DNA from: Octopus sinensis | Taxonomy: Eukaryota | DNA: 64,000 nt | Assembly: GCF_006345805.1 (NCBI RefSeq) | Contig: NC_042999.1 | Coordinates: forward strand, 9,424,001 to 9,488,000 | Reading direction: 5' to 3' | In this document: piece by piece, positions 11,148 to 22,240 of the stretch | How positions within the stretch are numbered: the stretch's first letter is position 1 | Layout of the letters: each line of letters opens with the position of its first letter | Made by a program: the position numbers and the translations under genes | The notes under the pieces: model-generated | Told to the model about the DNA's origin: nothing | The model's database searches: none | The model's input: the letters and a program-made list of their open reading frames with translations, nothing else

Positions 11148-11420
11148 CACGTGATCACGTTACCGACCAGACCATCAGATGTTGTTACACATCGCTGTTC
11201 ACAATGCGTTCGCATTGTTTTAGCAGGCCAACAGAAGAAAGAGTGAGAGAAAGAGTGGTGAAAGAGTACAGCTGGGATCACCCCCCCCCCCGCCGGAGCC
11301 TCGTGGAGCTTTTAGGCGTTTTCGCCCAATAAACACACACAACGCCCGGTCTGGGAATCGAAACTGCGATCCTGCGACCGCGGGTCCGCTGCCCTAACCA
11401 CTAGGCCATTGCGCCTCCAC
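11148..11420 (-). mobile_element. tRNA-derived SINE family D (OR1-like head) with a variant tail
   Basis: rc head GTGGAGGCGCAATGGCCTAGTGGTTAGGGCAGCGG is shared with 37565-37952 and 62206-62425. Confidence 0.85.
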
Positions 11421-11424
11421 ACAC

Positions 11425-11515
<91 letters not shown>

Positions 11516-11993
11516 TGTGTGTGTGTGTCCGACATCGCTTGACAACCGATGCTGGTGTGCTTACGTCTCCGTAACCTAGCGGTTCGGCAACAGGGCTCGA
11601 TAGAATAAGTACTAGGCTTACAAAGAATATGTCCTAGGTCGATTTGCTCGACTACAGGCGATGCTGCAGCATGGCCCCAGTCAAATGGCTGAAACAAGTA
11701 AAAGAATACGTGCGTCAATAATAGCGAAGAGAGGATAAAGAAGAACTCAATACATGTCGTAGAGAGTGTAATCATTAAAACTGAAGCTGAAAGTTTGTCC
11801 TGCGACTCCAGGTTCACGTCAGTGACATCATCAGGTGAAACTAACTCCATTTGGTACCATTAAGTGTATACACACACACACACACACACACACAGGCACA
11901 CACACACGAGCAAACACATAAATGCAATACAAAATGGAAAAACAACTAGTACTCGAATAATGAAGGTAGAGTAATATGCATTTTTCAAATTAA

Positions 11994-12136
11994 AGCTGCA
12001 AAAATATCACCAAAAAACCTGCTACTCAGAGTTCCACGTTCGTCGGGCATTGTGATGTAGATTCTGTATCGCAACTGCTCGACAAACGGCAACGTGGAAC
12101 TCTGAGTAACAGATTTTTTGTGATGTTTTTGCAGCT
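11994..12136. mobile_element. MITE with ~47-bp TIRs, Kolobok-like (TTAA|AG...CT|TTAA)
   Basis: 11994-12040 is the near reverse complement of 12091-12136. TTAA lies at 11990-11993 and 12137-12140. Confidence 0.6.
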
Positions 12137-12165
12137 TTAATAAAAAGAAAGTGTGCATATATATT

Positions 12166-12383
12166 CTCAATCGAAGGAGAGGGGCTTTCTCCGTCCGGGT
12201 TGCGGATCCGTGGAATAAGCTGCCGGACGAGATAGTGAAGATGCCGACGACCGCTCGGTTCAAAGTCTCCCTTGACCACAAGTGACCTGAACTCTTTACA
12301 TGAACACCACCCTGTACATAACTCCATGTCCCCCGACATGGTCTTGCTTTTTGCTTTTTGAGCCAAAAAATTAACTAACTAAC
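12166..12383 (+). mobile_element. CR1/L2-type LINE 3' end
   Basis: Translates LNRRRGAFSVRVADPWNKLPDEIVKMPTTARFKVSLDHK, matching the FS.RV...WN.LP....FK..LD C-terminal motif. Followed by a short 3' UTR and a (TAAC)n tail. Confidence 0.8.
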
Positions 12384-12401
12384 ACACACATATATATATA
12401 T

Positions 12402-13003
12402 ATATTAGAGGGAAACCACTATGTGGACACCCTTATGCTAGAAATAGATCCGCTCTAGCCTTACCATTAAGAAATGTTCTTAAGAAAAATTTAGCAAAAC
12501 AACCAAAACGTAATCGAGCAAGACAAAAAAAGCAATAAAAATATGGATTATTTACATACATGTTTCACTATCACCATATTACATAATTTTAATTACGTAA
12601 GATGTCCGCAGATCTTCGGTGTGATTAAGTTATTTTGTGCAGCATCATTTTTTTCCAGTAATTTAGCGCGCCAAAACGAGGAATAGTAACCACGAGTGTA
12701 ATGGGTAGAACTGTTTACAAATCTGACTTTGTGCGGACGTCCTAGTATGCAGTTCTGCAAATTATATTCATTTGGACGGTCACACCGAAGATCTACGGAC
12801 ATCTTACGCAAATAAAATTATGTAATATGGTGATTGTGAAACATGTATGTGAATAATCCGTATTTTTATTGCTTTTCTTTTATCTTGCTTGATTACGTTT
12901 TGGTTGTTTTACTAAATTTTTTTTGAGAACATTTCTTAGAGGTCAGACCATAGCGGATCTATTTCTAGCATAAGGGTGTCCACTAGTGGTTTCCCTCTAA
13001 TAT
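12402..13003. repeat. Fold-back with ~220-bp arms from a dispersed repeat family also seen at 5019-5185, 10595-10665 and 13540-13655
   Basis: 12402-12624 is the near reverse complement of 12780-13003. The right arm continues into the family's ...CACCCTCATTTT end at about 13090. Confidence 0.85.
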
Positions 13004-13092
13004 GTATATAATACAATTTTACTGCTAGACTACTGGTGTGAAATCGATGTTAATTAAATTAATATCTAATTTCTCACCCTCATTTTAAATTT

Positions 13093-13127
<35 letters not shown>

Positions 13128-13198
13128 TGTGACCGCGTGTGTACCGTTGGCGATTTTTTTCCTCTGTCTTCCCTTCTCTGGATCTTTCCTTCTTCTAT

Positions 13199-13233
13199 GT
13201 TTCCGACGAAGAGCTCCGCTCGAAACGTTAAAC
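13199..13233 (+). ncRNA. Minimal hammerhead motif with a U4C change, in a PLE-like tail repeat
   Basis: GTTT CCGACGA A GAGC-tcc-GCTC GAAA CG T T AAAC. Confidence 0.5.
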
Positions 13234-13433
13234 CCTCCTTCTTCCCTTCCTTCCTGAGCGTCCAATAATACTATATTTGTTCCAAGTCCTCGCGTTGTTG
13301 TGTTTTCTCTTTGTGTTTTCATGTTTGGATTAACTTTATATATATATATATATATATTAGATAATATGAGATAACAAAACCAAGGCTGAGAGGAATTTTC
13401 AGGATATTTATAAGGGAAAAGATATAGATATAT

Positions 13434-13479
13434 TCTTACAACTGTTTTGGGACATTATGCATAACCCTTCATCAGAGAC
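13434..13479 (-). ncRNA. Decayed hammerhead motif with an ACAG(C/T)TGT palindromic stem III
   Basis: rc GTCT CTGATGA A GGG...CCC AAAA CAGTTG T A AGA. G12 has changed to A, consistent with CpG decay. Confidence 0.45.
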
Positions 13480-13511
13480 GATGTGAGGTGGTTAACAGAG
13501 GTAATATTTCA

Positions 13512-13547
<36 letters not shown>

Positions 13548-13672
13548 TAAAGGACTGACCACTAAAAGTGGACGGTCAACATTTTTTTTAATATGCTAGG
13601 CCACTGGTTTAAATTGATTAATATCAATTTCTACCCTTATTCAATTTTATAATATATATATTTATATATATA

Positions 13673-13715
<43 letters not shown>

Positions 13716-14319
13716 TGATGCATGTGGGTGATCTGCTACATGTGATATTTCATGGTTGAATATTGTGTCTATGGTTTGGTGCTTATATTTCATGTAATTG
13801 TAGGTGGGAGAGGGGATCTTATTAATTTGTTTATGGTAAATTGGTTGGTTGGTTGATTGGTGGCAAATGTTTCCCATTATTTGCATTAATTTTATTTTAT
13901 GATACTTTTTTATTTAGCTGAGTGAATTTATCCTGTGCGTATGTATGTATGGAGTATCGATTGTTTTGAAGGCGTTAATTTGAAGAAAGGGTGTGTTTTA
14001 TTTCTAATGAATGTTGTGTCACCCGTGGATGTCATTATAGGTGAGAAAATGTGTGCAATGGACGTGGGTGTAATACAATCCTTTAAACAAAATGCCAACT
14101 CAGCCATTCATTAAATTCTTCGATTTAGACATAAAATATTATATAGCTGTGACAATCCACTAAGATCGTCGTAAACTCCTTAACCATTTTACTTTGTCTC
14201 TTCAACACTGACCCAAATCTATACAATTAAACATACTGCGCATGCTCGAAACACACGCACACTCTCATACTACAGTAAATAAATACACAAAATAATAATA
14301 AAAAAATAAACATAAACAC

Positions 14320-14353
<34 letters not shown>

Positions 14354-14356
<3 letters not shown>

Positions 14357-15130
14357 GCCCTGATGCAGTACCAGGCAGTGGCTTTCATGGCTTCTGATCT
14401 TAACTGATTGGAAGTGTTATCATATATTGTTTTGTCTCGGTATAAAAGGCCGGATATAGTTGTCAGAGATCACCAAGGAAAGCATGCTTTTTAATCGATG
14501 TATCAATACCAACAGATGACAATGTTTCTCTAAAAGAAATGGAGAAACTTTCAAAATACAAAAATCTGGAAATAGGGGTAACTCGAAAGTGGAATCTAAA
14601 AACAGAAACAATTCCTATCTTAGTAGGTGCATTAGGTATTCTTTTATTTTATTTCAGTCTTTAATCGAGCAAATCGATCCCAGGACTTATCCTTTGTAAG
14701 ACTAGTAATTATTCTATCGGTCTCTTTTGCCGAACCGCTACGTTATAGGGAAGTAAACACACCAACATCGGTTGTCAAGCACAGACACACATATAGGTGA
14801 CGGGCATCTTTCAGTTTCTCTATATCAAATCCACTCACAAGGCTTTGGTCGGCCCGGGGATATAGTAGAAGGCTCTTGCCCAAGGTGCTACGCAACGGGA
14901 CTGGATAAAAAATATTCAAACAAATATATAACAAAAACACCAAGAATAACAAGTATATATAACATACAGAAAATAGCGCTACTAGGCACTGTACACATCC
15001 TACGCAAAACAATTTCAATACAGTGAAAATAAGAGCATCACAGCAAACCACAGCACACAAAGCCTCGCTCGGTAGTGAAGTGAAAACACGTTATAAAAAT
15101 AAGACTACTGAATAATAGAAATAATAATAG
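14354..15130 (+). mobile_element. Dong/R4-clade LINE deletion derivative in (AAT)n: REL endonuclease C-terminus interrupted by an antisense family B SINE (about 14645-14905)
   Basis: 14447-14640 reads RPDIVVRD...(frameshift) CFLIDVSIPTDDNVSLKEMEKLSKYKNLEIGVTRKWNLKTETIPILVGALG. It resumes after the SINE as KKYSNKYITKTPRITSIYNIQKIALLGTVHILRKTISIQ* (stop 15024-15026). (AAT)n on both sides. Confidence 0.85.
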
Positions 15131-15267
15131 CTACAACATCTACGACCAACTTTCAAATTGACGGTAAGCAAATATTAAATAAACCCTGCCTACAACTGCA
15201 TGAAATATGAACATCATCCCATAGACACAACATACGACCAATGAAATAACACAAAGTGCAAGACTGC

Positions 15268-15381
<114 letters not shown>

Positions 15382-15580
15382 ACTTTCATACGAATATTTC
15401 CGTGATACATCGCAGCCGTTTTACAGTTACGACATCCAATGATCAACTGAGATGTCTTCCCACGAAACCCTATCGTTCACTAAAAAAGTGTGCAGCATAA
15501 TAATAATAATAAGGGAAAATACTTACTCCCATGGTTCGGTTTGATATTGAACCTATATAACTATAGAGAGTCAAGTGGCA

Positions 15581-15624
<44 letters not shown>

Positions 15625-16050
15625 ATTCAATACGTTCGAGTGTAATCGGGCGTGATAAGACCAACCGCTGCAGAAATAGCTTCTGGGTTAAAATTCTCCT
15701 CTCTTGACTTGTGTAAATACACATTTTATTTTGGGGCTATGAATGACAGCATTAGATCGCAGGACGCATGCGTTTCTGCGTCGTTCTGCTTCGTTAAATA
15801 CTCAATCGCTCACAGGTAGGTAAATATAGAATTATTCTTACGACAAAGTCAAAATGGATAGTTTCTTCATGTGCAAACCGCTTAACTGAGCTGGAATTGA
15901 ATAATTAATGTCGCACAAAGCTGTGCAGATTAAGATGTATTCGTCTAAAGTCTTACTTCCCGTGGAATTACACATGATGATGCCACCACTTGGTGCAAGA
16001 ATAGTTGCAGGGGATAATACTTCGTTTAGACTTGTGTGTTGGCATGTGTA

Positions 16051-16370
16051 GGGGCAGGCGTGGCTGTGGGATAAGAAGTTTGCTTCCCAGCCACACGATT
16101 CCGAGTTCAATCTCACTGCGTGTCAACATGGACAAGTGCCTTCTCCAAAAAGCCTGGGCCAACCAAAACCTTTTGAGCGGATTTGGTAGACGGAAACTAA
16201 GAGAAGCCCGTCGTGTAAGCGGGTGTCTCCTTGTGCTTTTGTTTGTCACCCATCACTGATTTACAACCGGTCAAGCAAGTCCTGACGTCTATTCGTCCGA
16301 CTAAAAGTCTTCAAGGTGGTGCCCCATCATGGCCGCAGTCCAATGACGAAAACAAGTAAAAGATAAAAGA
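16051..16370 (+). mobile_element. Family B SINE
   Basis: Head, CORE block, GGAAACTAAGAGAAGCCCGTCG and tail GGTGCCCCATCATGGCCGCAGTC...AAGTAAAAGATAAAAG. Confidence 0.85.
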
Positions 16371-16957
16371 TACACCCTTATGACTGTAACTGGAGGTTAA
16401 ACATAGAAAATCCACTCCACTGCATCTCTAGACATTGGCTAAATCATTAGCAGACCGGACAAAATACGTGGCGGCATTTTGTCCGTTTTTACGTTCAGAA
16501 TTCAATTTCTGCCGACGTTGACTTTGCCTTTCATCCCTTCACGGTCGATAAAATAAGTACCAGTTGAGTACTGGGGTAACTGTAATCGACTTACCCCTTT
16601 CCTCGAAATTTGAAACCACTATCTGCAGACTGGCACCAATGTAATTTTTCTTTTGTGAAACCAGACTTTTGATTTGGATGGAACTGGTTTGTTGACATCG
16701 GTTTATATGAAATGCTTCTGGGGCTGCGGCCGTCAAAACAGCCTGTATTAAATCCAGCACGCAGTTTCTTAGAAGATCTTTGCAACGAAGTGCGTCTTTC
16801 ATATCAATTGTCTGCTACGAAGAGTATAACCCTTAAATGGACCAATAACTAATTGTTATCAGGAGTTTGTACGTTTTTATCCTCCTGTAATTGTTTTGGT
16901 TAGCCAGAGATCGTTAGCCACTACACATTTTTTTCTCTCCTTGTTTTTTCTGTGTCC

Positions 16958-16993
16958 CTTTCTGTAGAAGAGCATAGGCTCGAAACGTAAAAG
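16958..16993 (+). ncRNA. Minimal hammerhead-like motif with an A6U variant core
   Basis: CTTT CTGTAGA A GAGC-atag-GCTC GAAA CG T A AAAG. All three stems pair. Confidence 0.5.
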
Positions 16994-17377
16994 ACTTTCT
17001 ATTCCTGAGCGTTATACTAATACATCTGTTTATTTTGTACACCACCTGTCTTCGTCTTTTGTTTTTTCGTAAACTCTTCCTTTATTCATACGTAATTACA
17101 TGGATAACTGATTCTCAATGTAATTATATAACTTTAGGGATCTAGAGACCAATATCATTTAAGGAATAGTGCTCTGAATATAAATCTGTAGGATATGCGG
17201 AATGGTAGAAATCTGTGTTCATTTACGCTCGCAAAAGTGAACTATGAATCTTGCTTCTTAGGATCCAGCTTTCAAACGACGGCCACCAGAGCCATCCCGC
17301 TTTTCCTCATGTCTATATTTCTCTTGATAGTTATCCCTAATTATCTGTGACCCTCTATGCTACTCAGTGAGAAGAAG

Positions 17378-17812
17378 AAGAAGAAAAGAAGAAGAAGAAA
17401 AAGAAGAAAAAGAAACAGAAAAAGAAAAAGAAGGAAAAGAAGAAAAAGAAAAAGAAGAAGAAAAAGAAACAGAAGAAGAAAAGAAGAAAAAGAAAAAGAA
17501 GAAGAAGAAAAAGAAACAGAAGAAGAAAAGAAGAAAAAGAAGAAAAAGAAGAAAAAAGAAAGAAAAGAAGAAAAAGAAGAAGAAAAGAAGAAGAAAAAGA
17601 AACAGAAGAAGAAAAGAAGAAGAAAAAGAAGAAACAGAAGAAGAAAAGAAAAAGAAACAGAAGAAAAAGAAGAAGAAAAAGAAGAAACAGAAGAAAAAAA
17701 AAAGAAGAAGCAGAAGAAAAAAGAAGAAGAAAGAAAAGAAAAAAGAAGAAGAAAAAAGAAGAAGAAAAAGAAAAAGAAAAAGAAAAAGAAGAAAAGAAGA
17801 AGAGAAAGAGAC
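17378..17812. repeat. Degenerate (GAA)n/(GAAAAA)n polypurine tract, about 435 bp
   Basis: Almost entirely A/G, with occasional AAACAG units. It accounts for the K/R/E-rich and F/S/L-rich pseudo-ORFs. Confidence 0.95.
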
Positions 17813-18754
17813 TCAGCAAAACAGAGAAAGATACAGATTAATGGGAGACTGAACGAGTAAGAAAAACACTTTCACGTCAAACAAACGTACTGCTGCCATC
17901 ATTGAGATTTTTCTTCGACTCCTTCTCCTTCTTCTCTCTGTCTATATTACATTTTTTGATGGGTGCTTTTCATCCTTTATCTCTCTTCAGCTTTCCCAAT
18001 ATGCAGAGAGTCACAGAAAGAGCATAGAGGGAAAATTATATAAAGATTTAAAAGAGACTTAACGACGAAGGAACACAGAATATGACGACACACTTATTTT
18101 ACACCATCATTGGTCAACGCGCCTCTGTTTATAGCTACCTTTTCTTTCGTCTCGCATTCTCTATCTAACTCTGTTCTCTATTCGAGAGAGAGAGGAGGAA
18201 GAGGAGGAGAGCAGGGACAGAGAAAGACATGCAGAGAAAAAGAGGAAGAAGGAAAAGTGACATTACAACCTCATTTAAGCTTTCTGTCTCTCTACATTTG
18301 CGTGCTTTGAAGAATTTTTACTATTTCTCAAAATTAATGTTATACAAAATTCAGGAGACGAATAATAATAATATAATAATAATACGTAGGATTCTGTAAC
18401 TTTGTAGTTTCGGAATACGAGGTGGTCAAACAGAGAAATCTCACACATACACACAAACACAGAGTCATAATTAAGGAAATAAATCTCTCTCTCAGAGTGT
18501 TTATGGGTAAGTATGTGTGTATGTATGCATCTGTGTGTAGACATGAATTATTAGTGCTTCCACGCGCAAAATCAGCGGACTCAGTAGATATGAAACTGAA
18601 ATATATGTGAAATGATATAGCACGTTATTGGTAAGACATCATCATAAAGAGATCTCGTGTTCTTAATATGTCTGGAATGCATCTGGGTTGTTATACAGAG
18701 TTTCCAAAATTCCATTTTAGGTGAAGAAAGTTTTAAGTGACTTAACTCCTCCAC

Positions 18755-18785
<31 letters not shown>

Positions 18786-19970
18786 CTCTCTGGCGAAGGC
18801 TAGCCACTAGATTTGGTTAAAAAGAGACGATGAGCAATGGCTAGAAGAATATTGAGCTTTATTTGATAACCAGTTAATCTAGCAAGCGGGGCCTCATATC
18901 AGTGAGGGGGATGCGCATTGATGCCGTCGAGAGGTAGGGCCCCGAAACGGCGCGCATTCTCTCCTGATGGTCCCATACACTTGCTGGTTTCCGGTATGCG
19001 GAGTTTTTGACTGGTAGCACTTGCATGTGCAAGTTGTTTGCAAGACATCTGATATAACTCTTCCACCTCTCTCTCTTTCACTGTTTTTCTCCGTTCATAT
19101 TGACAAACACACATACACATTGTCATAGATACGTATATATACAAAGAAAGAAAGAAAGAAAGAAAGAAGTAACGAAATATACTTAGTCGTCAGAAGAGAC
19201 GAATTTTGCTTGTATGTGTATCTACGTTTATTCGTCTCTGTAATGAAGCATCTAACTACATTTTGATGTGCACAGCACTATGGTTATCTACTAAATTTCC
19301 AATCCTAAATATATCCCGCGGCAAATTCTAGGTTAAGTTGGTTTAAAGTATCCACCCATTGCTTCGACTCTTTAGATGTTTTATCTCTTCATATTGATAA
19401 CTAATCATCTATGTAGTCACACGATTCTGCATCCATCCGGTAATTTAAAATCGATATCAAATTGCATAATATTATCTTAGTTATGCATCTGCTGCTCCAC
19501 AAATTATATATTTTATAGATTATTTACTAATTAATCGCAACCGTCCAAGCATCTCTTCTTCTTGATGAGAAATATAAACTAATGTATTTACATTAGTATA
19601 TCCGGGATCCATTTCTTTTTAACAAGATATTCTTTTGATCTCGGTTTATATTCTAAATAAATTACTCTTATCACAATGCATGAGGATCCAAATCTGTTTT
19701 CTATCCGTTTAAAGTAATAATTTTGTAGACTTGTGGCGAGTGGACTTCGAAGATAACATTTCCGAGGTTCTCAGGTCGATGTCCTTGCAAAGCAACTTGC
19801 ATTGTAAAATGTCATGACGAGCATAGCATCGGGTTGGCCAAAACCTCGGAGTTGTGGTCTGCGTGCGTGCGTGCGTGTAGCTGAATGCATGCATATGAAT
19901 GGGTGTGTGTGTGTAGAAAGAGAGAGATTTATCTATGTGTATATATATATATTATATATGAATGTGTATA

Positions 19971-20002
<32 letters not shown>

Positions 20003-20709
20003 AAGAGATTTATCTGAGTATGTACATATATATGAATGTGTGTATATATGTGTGTGTGTGCGTGTGTAGATAGATAGATAGAGAGAGATTTATGTATGTA
20101 TGTGTACGTATATATGAATGTGTGTGTGTGTGTGTGTTTGATGTTATGTCAAACTACATACAAAGCTGACATTAAACGGAAGGATTATCCGATATATTGA
20201 TTGGAGGACATGTTTATTAATCTTTTACAAAGAAAAGGTTGAAAATGACTTCCAAATTTTGGATTGTTTTACTTCTTCTATGTGCGCATGCGTAGGCGTT
20301 TGTGTGTATGTGATGCGGGGGGTGAGGATTGATTTGATATCAAATTTACTCAGAAGATAAAAAAAACTGATTATCTTTTGGATGTTCGGTTCTGAGTGAA
20401 AAGTTTTTACAAAATCTATTTATGAATGGTTGGCATTTTATGTGAAAGTCAAGTTCGCTCTGAATGATAAAGATTGCGTAGGAGAATTCAGCAAGCAGAG
20501 ATTGCTACTCACTTCTTTTTCGCGGTGGCAACTGACACAGAATGGTCCTATTTTAGATGCTCCTAGTTCGGATGGAATCAGAGGCTAGAATCACTTGCAG
20601 TTTCTCTGCTTCCTTTCTTCCGATATGAGATTCCAATATTAAAAGGGAAAAACTATCGAGGAATGCGTATGATTTTACATTATATATATATAAATGTAAA
20701 ATCATACGC

Positions 20710-20742
<33 letters not shown>

Positions 20743-21094
20743 ATCTTTATCTTTTATTAAGCTTTTAATACTTTTGATATTAATAAAAAAAAATTAATTA
20801 ATTAATTAATTAATTAATAAAATATATAAATATAAAAATATACATACATACATATATATATTTGTATATATATATAAAATTTATAAGTTTAAATTATTTA
20901 AATAATTTTTATTTTTAACTTTTATATTTTTAAATTAATTTTATGTATTGGCTTGTGTTTTTCACTGTTTGATTTGCCTAATAGTGGTTTTATCTCTAAT
21001 TTAATATAATATATATATTTATACTATAAAATTGGATTTAATCCTAAATCTAATTTTTCCCTGTAAGTTTGGATTTATTCCCTAATATTATTAT

Positions 21095-21130
<36 letters not shown>

Positions 21131-21768
21131 AAAAAATGTCAAAGTAGTAAATGCTAAAATAATTTTATAAAAAGCATTTCAATACCGGTTTCAGTTATTG
21201 AGACTTTTGCAACTGTAAGCATAGAAAATAATTAAATTTTGGAAAAGTTTAAAAGTTTTTGAAAAGAATATTTGCATAGTATTCAAATACAAGGGACATT
21301 TTACTTGTTTCTGCCTCTCTTTTTACTCTTGTGGGTTCGAGGTCGTTGTCAATTCTTGGTAGAGAAGAAGAAGAAGAAAAAGAAGAAGAAGAAGAAGAAG
21401 ACTGCGGGAGTGCCATGATAGTAGTATGTTAATCCGTCAAGTGTCCTGAAAGTGACCCGTTGTGGATGGTAGTAGTGATTGAATTCATGAAATATCTCTT
21501 GAATTTTTTGTTTATAAAATTTGCATGTTATTTTAAACAGCAATAGTAATAAAGTTAGGAAGGAGGTAGCGAAGAGGAGGAGGAAGAAGAAGAAGGGAGA
21601 AGAAGAAGGAATGTAGGTAGTATGATAGTAGTAAGATGTTAAATGGTCAAGTGACCTAAAAGTGACTCGTTATGGATTATAGCTGTGATTGGGGCTGTTT
21701 TTTTAATGAATTCTTGGGAATCTCTTGAGTGTATCATTTTTAATATTTGCGTGTGTGTTTGTGTTATT

Positions 21769-22240
21769 CTAAGGCCGTGGTGGATATGTCGTTGTAGGCG
21801 CGTTCAGAAGCGGTCTGTATTTTGTAATAAAGAGAGTCTCTTTACTAATTCGTTGGCTACAGGTTGTATCGTCCCTGAATTTGTAGAGGGAAAAAATTCT
21901 GAAGCTTGGATTTTTGTTATTGGCGCAAATGTCTACGTTTTGGCTGAATGCTATTTTTTCTGCTTTGGGGAATTTCGATCTGGGATATGTGTAGAGCCAT
22001 TCTTTTACGTAGACTGTTTTTTATCTGGCGTATGTATTACTCTTGACACCCAGAGCAGGTTAGTGTGTATATCAGGTTCTCCGAAGCACATGTGAAGTTG
22101 CTTTTCACTGTGAAACGTTGTCCCTGTTTGAAGGAGATCTCTGATCTCTCAATTAAATTGACGCATATCCCACAGTCGGATCTTCCGCAATTTTTTACTG
22201 GCGGCTTCTGTGTTGCTGCTGAGCGTATATACTATAAGCA
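21769..22240 (-). pseudogene. Penelope-like element GIY-YIG endonuclease fragment with a Cys-rich linker
   Basis: Manual translation: NCGRSDCGICVNLIERSEISFKQGQRFTVKSNFTCASENLIYTLTCSGCQE*YIRQIKNSLRKRMALHISQI... then a frameshift, then AFSQNVDICA...KETLFITKYRPLLN. One stop and one frameshift. Confidence 0.85.

Noticed and set aside
11401-11850. 149-aa minus-strand ORF with a hydrophobic segment
   Set aside because: Only about 48 codons are unique; the rest runs through a SINE and (AT)n. No family was recognised and there are no clear splice sites.
16655-16740. FDLDGTG EF-hand-like peptide on the plus strand
   Set aside because: There is no acidic residue at loop position 12, and the frame stops soon after.
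17357-17860. 167-aa, 161-aa and 151-aa ORFs
   Set aside because: They are translations of the GAA/GAAAAA tract, with no coding signature.
18899-19060. GC-rich patch with several open frames
   Set aside because: No recognisable motif, and the acceptor lacks a pyrimidine tract.
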